Below, piece after piece: positions 40,231 to 48,719 of a stretch of 64,000 nt of DNA. The translations under genes were made by a program, and so were the position numbers. Location of the stretch: the sequence record DRR378314_799; one strand, 5' to 3'. The notes under the pieces were generated by a model. The model was not told the origin of the DNA and did not search any database. It saw only the letters and a program-made list of their open reading frames with translations. Positions within the stretch are counted from its first letter, which is position 1. Each line of letters opens with the position of its first letter.

Positions 40231-42534
40231 TTAAATGAGTTCAGACAAAGACTGAAACTTAAAATTATGGTGCTCCTGATCAAAGTCAGTTGGCGGGCTC
40301 GTCAGTGCCTGCGGCTGACTGAGTTTGAATAGCCAATATTTTTCATCACGTTTTTTGCTACGCGTTCCGGTGATCTCAGCTGTTAAGTCATGTCCTGATA
40401 CTTCATCAACAGATTCGACATGCCAAACATAATTGGCTTTTAATTTGCTACCTTGCTCAATATCTGGGGCAGCAATAACAATAAACTGCATTTCTCTTAT
40501 CTTGTGGTCGATAATATATTTTCGGGTAGATGCCTTTTTCTTCATGTGAAAAACCTCGGCTGAACCATTTAAAAATGACTCGTAATATCCAGGTTTACGC
40601 GGATCAGCTGCCGTTGAGGTAATTAGGGCTAAATCTGAGTGGCGGATACTCTTTAGCCCTGTCTGACTTATCCTTGCAGACTCTTGGAAAAAGTATCTAT
40701 CAATATCCCTTTCGCTTTCTGCTTCTAGTAAGTTGGCTAATTGGTCAGTTAGAAAAGCTTTCAGCCAAGCATTTCCAGACTCATTCGATGCGCCGGGCAA
40801 TAACGGAAATGCACCGATCCCAACTTCGTTAATAGCGTCCCAGTATGGGTTAGCAGATATGTCCTCAGATGTTTGTGCGTAAAAACCTGGGTACAGTGCA
40901 AAAGCCCCAAAGACCGGCCTAGTCCTGTTGGTGCCTAAGCTATCGCTTTTAAGATAAATCAATGCGTCTCGGTATCTGTGCATTTGGTTAAGCGCATCAG
41001 TAGGAACACAATCCTTATCTGGTACTGTACTGTCGATGCGATATTTTGCATCAAACACCCAAACAAGGCGTTCTCGGTCACCAATGGATACCTCAAGGAA
41101 AATGTCGGGTTTTTGCATTGATGTCCAAGCCTTGTAAGGATCGCTTTGCAGGGAGATGCGAGGTTCATGGGCCACTCTTATGCTTACATCACCTTTTTTA
41201 AAGGATTGTGAAGAGCTTAATCCATCCTCGAATTCAACCTTGAGCCCTTTACGTTTTAGTTTGGGTTGCTCTGTATCACTAACCTTTTCGAAGCCTAGTT
41301 CTTCAACGATCTGGGTCACTTGTAAATAACACCAAACTTCATATAAGTCAGCGATAGAGCGCACGGATACCGAAGCATCAACACCAAACAAATCCAGATA
41401 CAGTTTAAGTTCTTGCCAGGCACGGTAAACTTTGGCGTATCCAGACTTCTGTTGCAGTACTAACGAGTCAGTATTTAATCCTCTAAAACGCCCGACTTCC
41501 TTAAAGAAAGGAGCGTTCAGGGCTTTGTTTAGAGGTTCGCACCACATCTCTAGCTTATTGAAAAAGTGATCCGACAAAATTTCTTTTTCTGGATCAACCA
41601 ACTCGGCATCGAGACTGACTTGCTTGAGCTTAGCTACCAAGGTTTGAATGGCGAACTTTATAAATCTATTTTCAGGCGTGTCGACCTTTAACTTTTTTTG
41701 TTCGACCGCGTATCGCTTATCATAGCGCTTTTGCGCTAAACTCTCTTTAACTTGCTGCTCTAGTTTAGCTGATAATTTACCTTTAAGACGGTCTGCTTTT
41801 AAGTGCTTTGTCGAATTCAGTAGCCTGGCGTGTGGCGAATGAGAAATACGCTTGATGCCATCATAAAACTGATTTCTTAAATGCTCAAAATGATTAAGCC
41901 ACATGACGGGGAAATGGCTGCGTTCAGTATTGTTTTGTGCGTCGTGGCTGGTCTTTTCCGTTAAGGTAAAACACCAGTCGCGGTATGGGTGTCGTAGTTG
42001 TTTTATAATGGATGTTAAGTCATCCCGGATATCCATTTTGGTGGGGAAAACTTCAAAGCTGACAGTATCAGTTTGTGCCGGCTGCCCTGGCAATTGATAA
42101 CTGAGCGGTAGCTTTAACCAGCCCAAGCTATTACCTGTGTTCAGTGTGCCCCACAACACGTGTGTGTCACCGAACATCGAGTGATTAAACGATTCTGATA
42201 CCGACTTTAAGTCATGCGTAATACGTGGTGGAAATTCATGAGCATTGGCTTTAAACGAAAATTCGAACCCATAGGTCGAGTTTTCGAACAGCATAGGGTG
42301 ACTCAGTAAAAAGCTCGCGTCGAGCTTTTGCGAGCCATGAGCAAGGCTTTCCGTGTTATTACAGAAAACGGAGAACTCGCCAGCTTGTTCGGATAATATC
42401 TTTACCGAAGAGACAGGTATATCCTTTCCCCTGGCGGTTAATGCCTGCTTGAGCTGTCGGTATCGACTTTCGGTATGGTTAGATTTTACTGCCAAATCCC
42501 AAGTCGGTGTTTTTACCTTAATAAGTGTCTGCAT
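40231..42534 (-). CDS. McrC-like PD-(D/E)xK nuclease with a DUF2357-type N-terminal region and a C-terminal extension
   Basis: DTPENRFIK, LQQKSGY..VY, LYEVWC, KPDI...FDAKYR, QMHRYRDAL, ALYP, IGAFPLLP; starts 3 bp after the McrB-like gene. Confidence 0.85.
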   Translation of the reverse strand: MQTLIKVKTPTWDLAVKSNHTESRYRQLKQALTARGKDIPVSSVKILSEQAGEFSVFCNNTESLAHGSQKLDASFLLSHPMLFENSTYGFEFSFKANAHEFPPRITHDLKSVSESFNHSMFGDTHVLWGTLNTGNSLGWLKLPLSYQLPGQPAQTDTVSFEVFPTKMDIRDDLTSIIKQLRHPYRDWCFTLTEKTSHDAQNNTERSHFPVMWLNHFEHLRNQFYDGIKRISHSPHARLLNSTKHLKADRLKGKLSAKLEQQVKESLAQKRYDKRYAVEQKKLKVDTPENRFIKFAIQTLVAKLKQVSLDAELVDPEKEILSDHFFNKLEMWCEPLNKALNAPFFKEVGRFRGLNTDSLVLQQKSGYAKVYRAWQELKLYLDLFGVDASVSVRSIADLYEVWCYLQVTQIVEELGFEKVSDTEQPKLKRKGLKVEFEDGLSSSQSFKKGDVSIRVAHEPRISLQSDPYKAWTSMQKPDIFLEVSIGDRERLVWVFDAKYRIDSTVPDKDCVPTDALNQMHRYRDALIYLKSDSLGTNRTRPVFGAFALYPGFYAQTSEDISANPYWDAINEVGIGAFPLLPGASNESGNAWLKAFLTDQLANLLEAESERDIDRYFFQESARISQTGLKSIRHSDLALITSTAADPRKPGYYESFLNGSAEVFHMKKKASTRKYIIDHKIREMQFIVIAAPDIEQGSKLKANYVWHVESVDEVSGHDLTAEITGTRSKKRDEKYWLFKLSQPQALTSPPTDFDQEHHNFKFQSLSELI

Positions 42535-42537
42535 GGA

Positions 42538-44376
42538 CTAAGGCCAGAAGCTGGTGTATCCGTTAGTTCCCAGGCGACGTTGCATCCTCTCTAGTGTGCT
42601 AATACTCCGGCATCGTATCCTTTTAGCCTGTCCATCCCTGTCTTTCCTGAAAAAGTCTGTACGCTCAGTATCTACTATCTGTCGAAAGTTGGGGTGTTGC
42701 TTCAAAATAAGCTCTAAACCCGATAAAACGTTATCTGTACCGTTACCGGAGAGCGATAACTTGTCGCTGTCACCTTCAATACGAGGTAGCACTTTTGTCA
42801 TTAAAAAATCATCCCAAACGGCTGTGAGTTCTTTTTCAGTCTTCGGATTAAAGCAATATACTGATACCAACAGTTCATTTAATGCCCTGAACGCTAGCTC
42901 GAAAGGGGTTCCTTTTAATACGCTATTCACTTCATCAAGAAACGAAACAGATTGATCTCGAAAAGCTTCGTTGTCATCAAATAAGCCCGGCGCACGCGCA
43001 TCAGAAACCGTCGAATAAGTTAGCGATTGAATAGTTGGTTGCCCCTCAAAGAACTCATCAAAACGGTTCTCGAAAAAAAGCCCAAAGTCTATAGTGAATG
43101 CTCTGTCTATGACCTTGCGTGAGAATCCATGTGTGGTTTCATCCATGTTTACAGTGCCGGCAATAATTAAATTAAACGGTAGTGGAATGCCGTGTTCTTT
43201 AAATTGCTCAAATAATTGGTCAGACACACCAAGCGCTTCTTTTAAGCTGCCTTCAGCTTTGTCTCCAAGTCCTTTGATGAGCTCAGACGATACGAGAGCA
43301 TCAGAGCGATACCTAAGCGTTTCAGAGCTATGATCAAACTCACGTGTTTCCAGAACAGATAAATAGTCAGCAAAGTACTGTTCGACAGGTGCTAAATTCA
43401 TCTCGTCAAGGCATAGCCAATAAGGGTTAACGACTTCCTTGGTTTGTGGGATCCACCACGCTCGACCTGACTCGTCCAACTCTATGGTTGGATTTAAATT
43501 AGCCCAGGCCTGAGCAATAAACGCGAGTACCTTGGTTGGCACGTATTCAGGTCGCTCGCCAAGCCGAGAAATATAACCCAGTAAATCTGAAGGCTCGTGC
43601 CAATCAGGGCGAACCGGAACAATCTCATAATTGTTTGTCCCTTGTCTGCTCGCTTTAGCTTGCTCGCGAACGAAGCGGGTTTTACCTGTGCCTGAAATAC
43701 CGGCTAGGAGAAGAAAAGGTTTAGGTAGTGCTACCGAATGGCTAGTTGGCAAGGTGCTTTCCCCATCTTCTGAGCCCGGCAAAATGATGTCACCTGACAG
43801 AATGCTATCGACAAGCCTTTTATAAATTGATGTAAGTTCTTTTAAATCACTTTCAATGTGGTCATTGTTTTTCAGATCAGCTTGCGAGTAATACTTAGCT
43901 CCGGCAGTAGCCCAATTATAATTGGCACCGTTACGACCAGGCTCGTTTACATAAACGTCTGAATTCCAGCGTGATAAGCCCGGGAGTGCCTTTCTAATTG
44001 TTTCTTTCCAACCCTTAGCAACTACTTTGGCTTCATTTAATCCATAAGTACGGATTAAAGTTGTTGCGCCAAAACCTAGTGATAGATATACCCCAGAACC
44101 ATCAGCTTTGAACAAAAAGACCGGGTATATCCCGTTTTGTGCTGTTTCTGTGTACCGCCGATCAAAGATAGCGGACCACGGTACAGTCGCCCAATTGCCT
44201 TGGCCCGGGCTGCCAAAAAATTTTAAATTGACTATTTCACTCTCAGAGAAGGTTCCTTCTATTGAATTAGGTAAATCGTTTCTAATGCAATTAGCTATGT
44301 CATGGCCGGCAAAGGGTTGGCTTCGAGCTTCCGGCCAGGCATCTAGAATAGTAGAGAGGTTTTTACTTAATGACAT
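42538..44376 (-). CDS. mcrB: McrB-family AAA+ GTPase with an N-terminal DUF3578-like DNA-recognition domain
   Basis: GQGNWATVPW...TAQNGIYPVFLF..DGSGVYLSL; Walker A GISGTGKT; VPVRPDW; Walker B LDEMNLA; GTVNMDETT; FSRKVIDRA; KVLPRIEG. Confidence 0.88.
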   Translation of the reverse strand: MSLSKNLSTILDAWPEARSQPFAGHDIANCIRNDLPNSIEGTFSESEIVNLKFFGSPGQGNWATVPWSAIFDRRYTETAQNGIYPVFLFKADGSGVYLSLGFGATTLIRTYGLNEAKVVAKGWKETIRKALPGLSRWNSDVYVNEPGRNGANYNWATAGAKYYSQADLKNNDHIESDLKELTSIYKRLVDSILSGDIILPGSEDGESTLPTSHSVALPKPFLLLAGISGTGKTRFVREQAKASRQGTNNYEIVPVRPDWHEPSDLLGYISRLGERPEYVPTKVLAFIAQAWANLNPTIELDESGRAWWIPQTKEVVNPYWLCLDEMNLAPVEQYFADYLSVLETREFDHSSETLRYRSDALVSSELIKGLGDKAEGSLKEALGVSDQLFEQFKEHGIPLPFNLIIAGTVNMDETTHGFSRKVIDRAFTIDFGLFFENRFDEFFEGQPTIQSLTYSTVSDARAPGLFDDNEAFRDQSVSFLDEVNSVLKGTPFELAFRALNELLVSVYCFNPKTEKELTAVWDDFLMTKVLPRIEGDSDKLSLSGNGTDNVLSGLELILKQHPNFRQIVDTERTDFFRKDRDGQAKRIRCRSISTLERMQRRLGTNGYTSFWP

Positions 44377-44585
44377 GTAGTTACCTTTAACCACTTCCTG
44401 TGGATTTTTATCATTTTGATTACGATAACCTTTATCGCATTGTAGGAAAAGGATTACGACTCTTTACTACCAAATGCCAGATTTTACTCTGATTTAATTA
44501 ATGTTAGGAATTCAAGTCAGCCTAAGTTGCTGCAAATCATTATTAGTTCTAATATACCCCCACTACCCAGTAACTTACTGATCTA

Positions 44586-45740
44586 ATGACTCTTTCCTTT
44601 AAAAGCTTAACCCGTTCATTTGCCTGTCTATTTGTTCTCGTCACCGCTGCCAGCGCGCACACCGCTGAAATCTTCACTATGGAATCTAAGCTCCTTGATG
44701 AAGGGATCACGGCGCGGGTCGCGTTGCCGGAAAGTTATGAGCATTCAGACAGTTTTCAGTATCCGGTGCTGCTGGTTATGGACGGTTCAACGCAGTTTGA
44801 GCACATAGCGGGCAACGTTAATTTTTTAAGCACGTTTTCTATTGTGCCGGAAATGATTGTTGTCGGGGTCAGTGCAAGGAACCGCTTAAAGCGCTTTACT
44901 CACACAAAAATGGAAGCCTACGCTGACCGCTCTGGCGGTGCCGAGCAGTACACCCAGTTTTTGCAAGATGAGCTGATGCCAGCGTTGCAGAAAAAGTATA
45001 GAGTGTCGCCTTATACGGTGGTTACCGGGCACTCGTTGTCGGGGCTCTATACTAGCTATCTGGCGACTCACCACTCAGATTTTATCAATGCTGCAATATC
45101 GGTGAGCCCAAGCCTTTGGTGGGATGATTTTGCGCTTATCAATGACATAAAAGCGGCAGAGCAAGAGGCAGAAAAGCCGGCGGTACGTTGGTTTGTCAGT
45201 ATGGCGAATGAGCCTAATGAAATGGCCGAGAGCTATGAGCGTTTATTGAACGTGCTGGAAGCGAAGCCGGAATCGGCTTTTAACTGGGAGTCAAAGCAGT
45301 TTCCCAACGAAACCCATGACAGCACGCCGCTAATTGGCAATGTCGAGGGACTTAAATCCGTTTTTCGTGGGTTTAACGCGGTGCCGAACATCGAAATTAA
45401 GTCGCTGGAGCAGTTGCAGGCATTCTACGCTGATTACGAAAAAGCGGTGGGTTACGACTTTCCTATGTCGGTTCAGCAATACAATGTTTATGGCTTAAAG
45501 GCCGCTTATGAAGGCAAAGTTGACTGGGGACAGGCTATTCTGGAGAAAGGCGTTGAGGTATTCGGCGAGTCCGAAATTTTATGGGACAGCCTGGCAACGG
45601 TTTATTCAATGAATGACAACAACGAGAGTGCGCTAAAGGCCTCGAATAAAGCGGTGAAACTCGCACGCGAGCATCAGTCAAAGTACATCAGTGAAATTGA
45701 AGCGCAGAATAGTGATTTGAAAAAACAGACAGAAAATTAA
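44586..45740 (+). CDS. Exported alpha/beta hydrolase (IroE/Fes-like putative esterase) with a TPR-like C-terminus
   Basis: Signal peptide, LP.SY...YPVL..MDG, nucleophile motif GHSLSG, SPSLWW, ETH. Confidence 0.8.
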   Translation: MTLSFKSLTRSFACLFVLVTAASAHTAEIFTMESKLLDEGITARVALPESYEHSDSFQYPVLLVMDGSTQFEHIAGNVNFLSTFSIVPEMIVVGVSARNRLKRFTHTKMEAYADRSGGAEQYTQFLQDELMPALQKKYRVSPYTVVTGHSLSGLYTSYLATHHSDFINAAISVSPSLWWDDFALINDIKAAEQEAEKPAVRWFVSMANEPNEMAESYERLLNVLEAKPESAFNWESKQFPNETHDSTPLIGNVEGLKSVFRGFNAVPNIEIKSLEQLQAFYADYEKAVGYDFPMSVQQYNVYGLKAAYEGKVDWGQAILEKGVEVFGESEILWDSLATVYSMNDNNESALKASNKAVKLAREHQSKYISEIEAQNSDLKKQTEN

Positions 45741-45744
45741 ATTG

Positions 45745-45758
45745 TACATATTTATGTA
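45745..45758. promoter_or_regulatory. Palindromic operator candidate upstream of the YafN/YafO-like pair
   Basis: TACATA-TT-TATGTA, upstream of a TATAAT -10 hexamer. Confidence 0.35.
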
Positions 45759-45833
45759 TATTATTTTGTTTGTAATTTCGTATGTTTTGTGGCTATAATT
45801 TAGTCAATAGGTATAAAAGTGGTGAGGTAAAGT

Positions 45834-46127
45834 ATGAACACACAAACTATATTGGCTGAAAAAACGGTATCTGCCAGTGACGTGCGCAAGCACCCCTGCC
45901 AGTATTTTGAAGCTGAGCCTGTGGCGGTACTTTCCCACAATAAAACCGCTGGTTATATGGTGGGTGCCGAGTTATTTGAAGCCATGGTGCGCCAGTTGGA
46001 AGCCTGTAACCCTAAAGTAGAGTCCCTTTTTAGGCCGACAGCAGCGCGGCTAAAGGCTATTAGCGCCGACGCAGAGAAGCTTTTAGCTGAAGCGAAAAAG
46101 TCTGATCTGGATGACTTTGAAGAGTGA
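45834..46127 (+). CDS. Phd/YefM-family antitoxin (YafN-like)
   Basis: TILAEKTVS.SD.RK.P, PVAVL.HNK.AGY; acidic tail; stop overlaps the toxin start. Confidence 0.78.
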   Translation: MNTQTILAEKTVSASDVRKHPCQYFEAEPVAVLSHNKTAGYMVGAELFEAMVRQLEACNPKVESLFRPTAARLKAISADAEKLLAEAKKSDLDDFEE

Positions 46128-46522
46128 TTCGGGTTTTTAAGAGCAAACAGATTCGTCAGCAATTAACTGATATTGAACTGGATGCATTAGTAAAAGACTT
46201 TAAGCGCTATAAAAGTGGCGAGGGCGTGCCTGACCTGTTCGGGCGCGATGAACGCTATGATCATCCAGATACCTTCCCGGTTCTTCGTGACAATGAAGTA
46301 ATGCATTTGCATCTACAAGATCCCGATGAGCCTTGGCCTTTGCATTGCATTCAGTTTGCTAAGAAAAGTGATACGCACTTAGTCTATTGTCCGGCAGCTA
46401 TGACGCCCAACTGCTATTTGCTTATGATAATTCTTGATCCTCCTGCTCACAACAAAGCATGGAGCAGTGCGGTTATGCTACCCCTAGGAATAATGGCAGA
46501 AAAATTCCGTAATCGGTATTAG
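46124..46522 (+). CDS. YafO-family toxin
   Basis: L..DFK.YK, P..FGRD..Y, HLHL, SD.HLVYC, L.P.AH. Confidence 0.8.
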   Translation: MIRVFKSKQIRQQLTDIELDALVKDFKRYKSGEGVPDLFGRDERYDHPDTFPVLRDNEVMHLHLQDPDEPWPLHCIQFAKKSDTHLVYCPAAMTPNCYLLMIILDPPAHNKAWSSAVMLPLGIMAEKFRNRY

Positions 46523-47187
46523 ACTTGCCGCAAAACGTCCAATACACCCTGGGCTAACGCCTTTTCCTGTGGTGACGCGTCGAAGTGTTCGTTGGCTTTG
46601 ACGCGATCCTGCCAATGCTTCACAAAGTTCATGGGTTCATCCGGGTCAATTTGCTCTGGTTCTGACATTAAGGTGTTTTGCTGATCGGTTTTAGCTGTGT
46701 GAAAATCCATGCGATTGCGTTGCTGCGAGCTAATTGCACCGGCCTCAAACAACTGATTTGCAAGCTTACTCATGTCGTTAGGTGATATGTCCCGTGGGTT
46801 AAAGTCCTCGGTTATAATTTTTTGAATATCGCCAGGACTAACGGGTTGTTTACCGTCATTGCCGCCTTCAGCCTGGCGGCGCATAGCATCTTCAAAAAGC
46901 TGGTCTCGGGCTGACATTAAGCTTTCAAGTTTGTCCTTTTCTTCTTTGTTCAGGTTTTCTTTACTTTCCAGCTCTTCTATTTTCTGCTCAATTTCTTCGA
47001 GCTTTTCGGTATCAACACCCATGCGGTTCAGCAGCATGCTGCGATAAGCTTTGTCTATTAATGTCTCTTTCTCTTCTTGTGTTTTTTTCTGTTCAGCCTT
47101 GTTATCAAGTGGTTCTTGATTCGTTTCACTCTTAGTCATTGCAGGTGTTGACTGGCTTACGCTGTTGATTAATGAGTTAATGTTCAT
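46519..47187 (-). CDS. Hypothetical protein (coiled coil plus a C-terminal PRDISP...LA..L..AG.IS domain)
   Basis: 222-aa ORF with a strong GGAGGA RBS and an upstream sigma54 site. Confidence 0.7.
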   Translation of the reverse strand: MNINSLINSVSQSTPAMTKSETNQEPLDNKAEQKKTQEEKETLIDKAYRSMLLNRMGVDTEKLEEIEQKIEELESKENLNKEEKDKLESLMSARDQLFEDAMRRQAEGGNDGKQPVSPGDIQKIITEDFNPRDISPNDMSKLANQLFEAGAISSQQRNRMDFHTAKTDQQNTLMSEPEQIDPDEPMNFVKHWQDRVKANEHFDASPQEKALAQGVLDVLRQV

Positions 47188-47280
47188 GATTCCTCCATAC
47201 CAAAAGTTGCCTGCCGGGTGGCAAAAGCTTGCCTGTTTAGCGCATTATTTATGCGTTAACGGTGCTTTTGGATAAGAAAC

Positions 47281-47296
47281 AGCAAGAGGTGTGCCA
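47281..47296 (-). promoter_or_regulatory. Sigma54 (-24/-12) promoter
   Basis: Minus strand TGGCAC-ACCTC-TTGCT, an exact fit to TGGCAC-N5-TTGCW, oriented toward 46519..47187. Confidence 0.78.
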
Positions 47297-47303
47297 TTAA
47301 ACT

Positions 47304-47344
47304 TATGGTTGTCAATTGACAACCATAGGGTTGAGCTCTATTCT
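47304..47344 (+). promoter_or_regulatory. Perfect 24-bp palindrome overlapping a sigma70 promoter
   Basis: TATGGTTGTCAATTGACAACCATA (47304-47327); TTGACA-N17-TATTCT (47316-47344). Confidence 0.75.
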
Positions 47345-47369
47345 TCTGTTACTGAGATGATTAAAGGAG

Positions 47370-47867
47370 ATGACGACAATGAATGAATATGACTTTACGT
47401 TGAAGTTTGTCATCCCTAAAGACTTGAAAACCGATGATCTTAGCAGCCAGATTTTTGCCGGCGGATGTGATGATGCAATTATTGGCGTGGGAGTTGCGGG
47501 TCGATTGGCGTTAAATTTTGTACGTGAATCAAGTAATGCAACAGAGGCAATTCGCTCTGCGTTATCTGATATTCGAAAAGTAATCCCTCAGGCTAAGCTG
47601 GTTGAAATAGGTCCGGATTTGGTTGGCTTGTCAGACGCTGGCGAGCAACTCAATATGAGCCGGCAATATCTGAGAAAAGTACGGGATCAGGAATTGGAAA
47701 CGTTTCCTCTACCGGTGCATGAGGGCAACCCGTCACTTTGGCATTTATGCCACCTGCTTGAATATTTCCGTCAGGAAAAGCTACGCGATATTCCAGAATG
47801 TAAAATTGAACTAGCGAAAGCCGCTATGACACTTAATTACGAACAACAGAAGCAGCGGGTTTATTGA
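47370..47867 (+). CDS. DNA-binding protein with a C-terminal HTH (antitoxin/regulator-like)
   Basis: YDFTLKF, GCDDA, AL.F.RE, then PDLVGLSD.GE.LNMSRQYLRK and FP.PVH.G...WHL; AAGGAG RBS (start 47370 or 47379). Confidence 0.7.
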   Translation: MTTMNEYDFTLKFVIPKDLKTDDLSSQIFAGGCDDAIIGVGVAGRLALNFVRESSNATEAIRSALSDIRKVIPQAKLVEIGPDLVGLSDAGEQLNMSRQYLRKVRDQELETFPLPVHEGNPSLWHLCHLLEYFRQEKLRDIPECKIELAKAAMTLNYEQQKQRVY

Positions 47868-47888
47868 GGTTTTAAAGCCGCCGACCCC

Positions 47889-48212
47889 TCAAGCCTGCTG
47901 ATAAGGCTTAGCGTGAGGTTTCAAGCGCTTTACGTTTTCAGCTTCTTGTTCGTATGCCCGGTGGCGTACGTCCCAGATTTCGACGGCGTGCTGAATGTTC
48001 AACCAGAACTCCGGGGTGTTACCCAAAGCGGCAGCTAATTTAATAGCCATAGGTGCGGTCAAGGCTCCTTTGTCATGAACAATTCGGCTGAGCGTGTTTC
48101 TGTGTACTCTCATGGCATCAGCGAGCTCTTTTATTTCAATGTTCATCGGTTCAAGAAACTCGGTTATTAGCATCTGGCCAACGGATACCGGGCGACGTTT
48201 TGTATCTCTCAT
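47889..48212 (-). CDS. higA: HigA antitoxin (XRE HTH)
   Basis: P.SVGQML..EFLEPM, LA.AM.V.R.TLS.I, MA.KLA.ALG.TPEFWLN.Q. Confidence 0.9.
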   Translation of the reverse strand: MRDTKRRPVSVGQMLITEFLEPMNIEIKELADAMRVHRNTLSRIVHDKGALTAPMAIKLAAALGNTPEFWLNIQHAVEIWDVRHRAYEQEAENVKRLKPHAKPYQQA

Positions 48213-48223
48213 AATTATCCTTT

Positions 48224-48517
48224 TTAACTTTGGTAAACGTGTGGATCCAGGTATGTATCTTGGGCGATACCGTCTTCCCAGTGGAAAATAAGTCGATACT
48301 GTTTGTTAACCCGGATAGAACAATACCCCGAAAGTTTTCCTTTTAAATATTCGAAGCGATTACCTGGGGGAACCCTTAAATCTGACTCCTGCGTTGCAGC
48401 ATCCAAAATTTCGAGCTTCCTGAAGAGCGCTCCTTTGATGATCTTCGGTATTTTCTTGTGGCTGATATCATCTTCGTAGAATCGTTCTAGCCAATCGTCC
48501 CTGAATGTAACGGCCAT
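48224..48517 (-). CDS. higB: HigB toxin (RelE superfamily, plasmid-killer type)
   Basis: FRD..LE.FY, DLRVPPGNR.E.LKG, SIRVNKQYRLIF.W, YLDPH; toxin-first gene order. Confidence 0.9.
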   Translation of the reverse strand: MAVTFRDDWLERFYEDDISHKKIPKIIKGALFRKLEILDAATQESDLRVPPGNRFEYLKGKLSGYCSIRVNKQYRLIFHWEDGIAQDTYLDPHVYQS

Positions 48518-48540
48518 GGTTTACTGATCACTTTGTATTC

Positions 48541-48569
48541 ATTCTATGCACAACAGTGTTGTGCGTCAA
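48541..48569 (-). promoter_or_regulatory. higBA sigma70 promoter with a palindromic operator filling the spacer
   Basis: Minus strand TTGACG-N17-TAGAAT; GCACAACA-G-TGTTGTGC at 48548-48564. Confidence 0.8.
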
Positions 48570-48719
48570 GTTGGTGTATTTATACTAAATTTGAGTTCTT
48601 AAACTATCAATTGGTAAGGCATTGATATAAATGTCTTACATTGGCGGTATTAAAACTGGGCAAACCCGCAAAAATTTGTTTTGCTGTGGTTATAGGAAAC
48701 CAAAAACGAATGGACTGAT

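Noticed and set aside
40231-44376. Coiled-coil McrBC (CoCoNuT-type) or LlaJI-type R-M system
   Set aside because: No long coiled coil in McrB, no associated helicase, and no methyltransferase gene nearby.
47219-47233. Plus-strand sigma54 site TGGCAAAAGCTTGCC
   Set aside because: GG-to-GC spacing is 9 rather than 10; treated instead as part of the leader palindrome.
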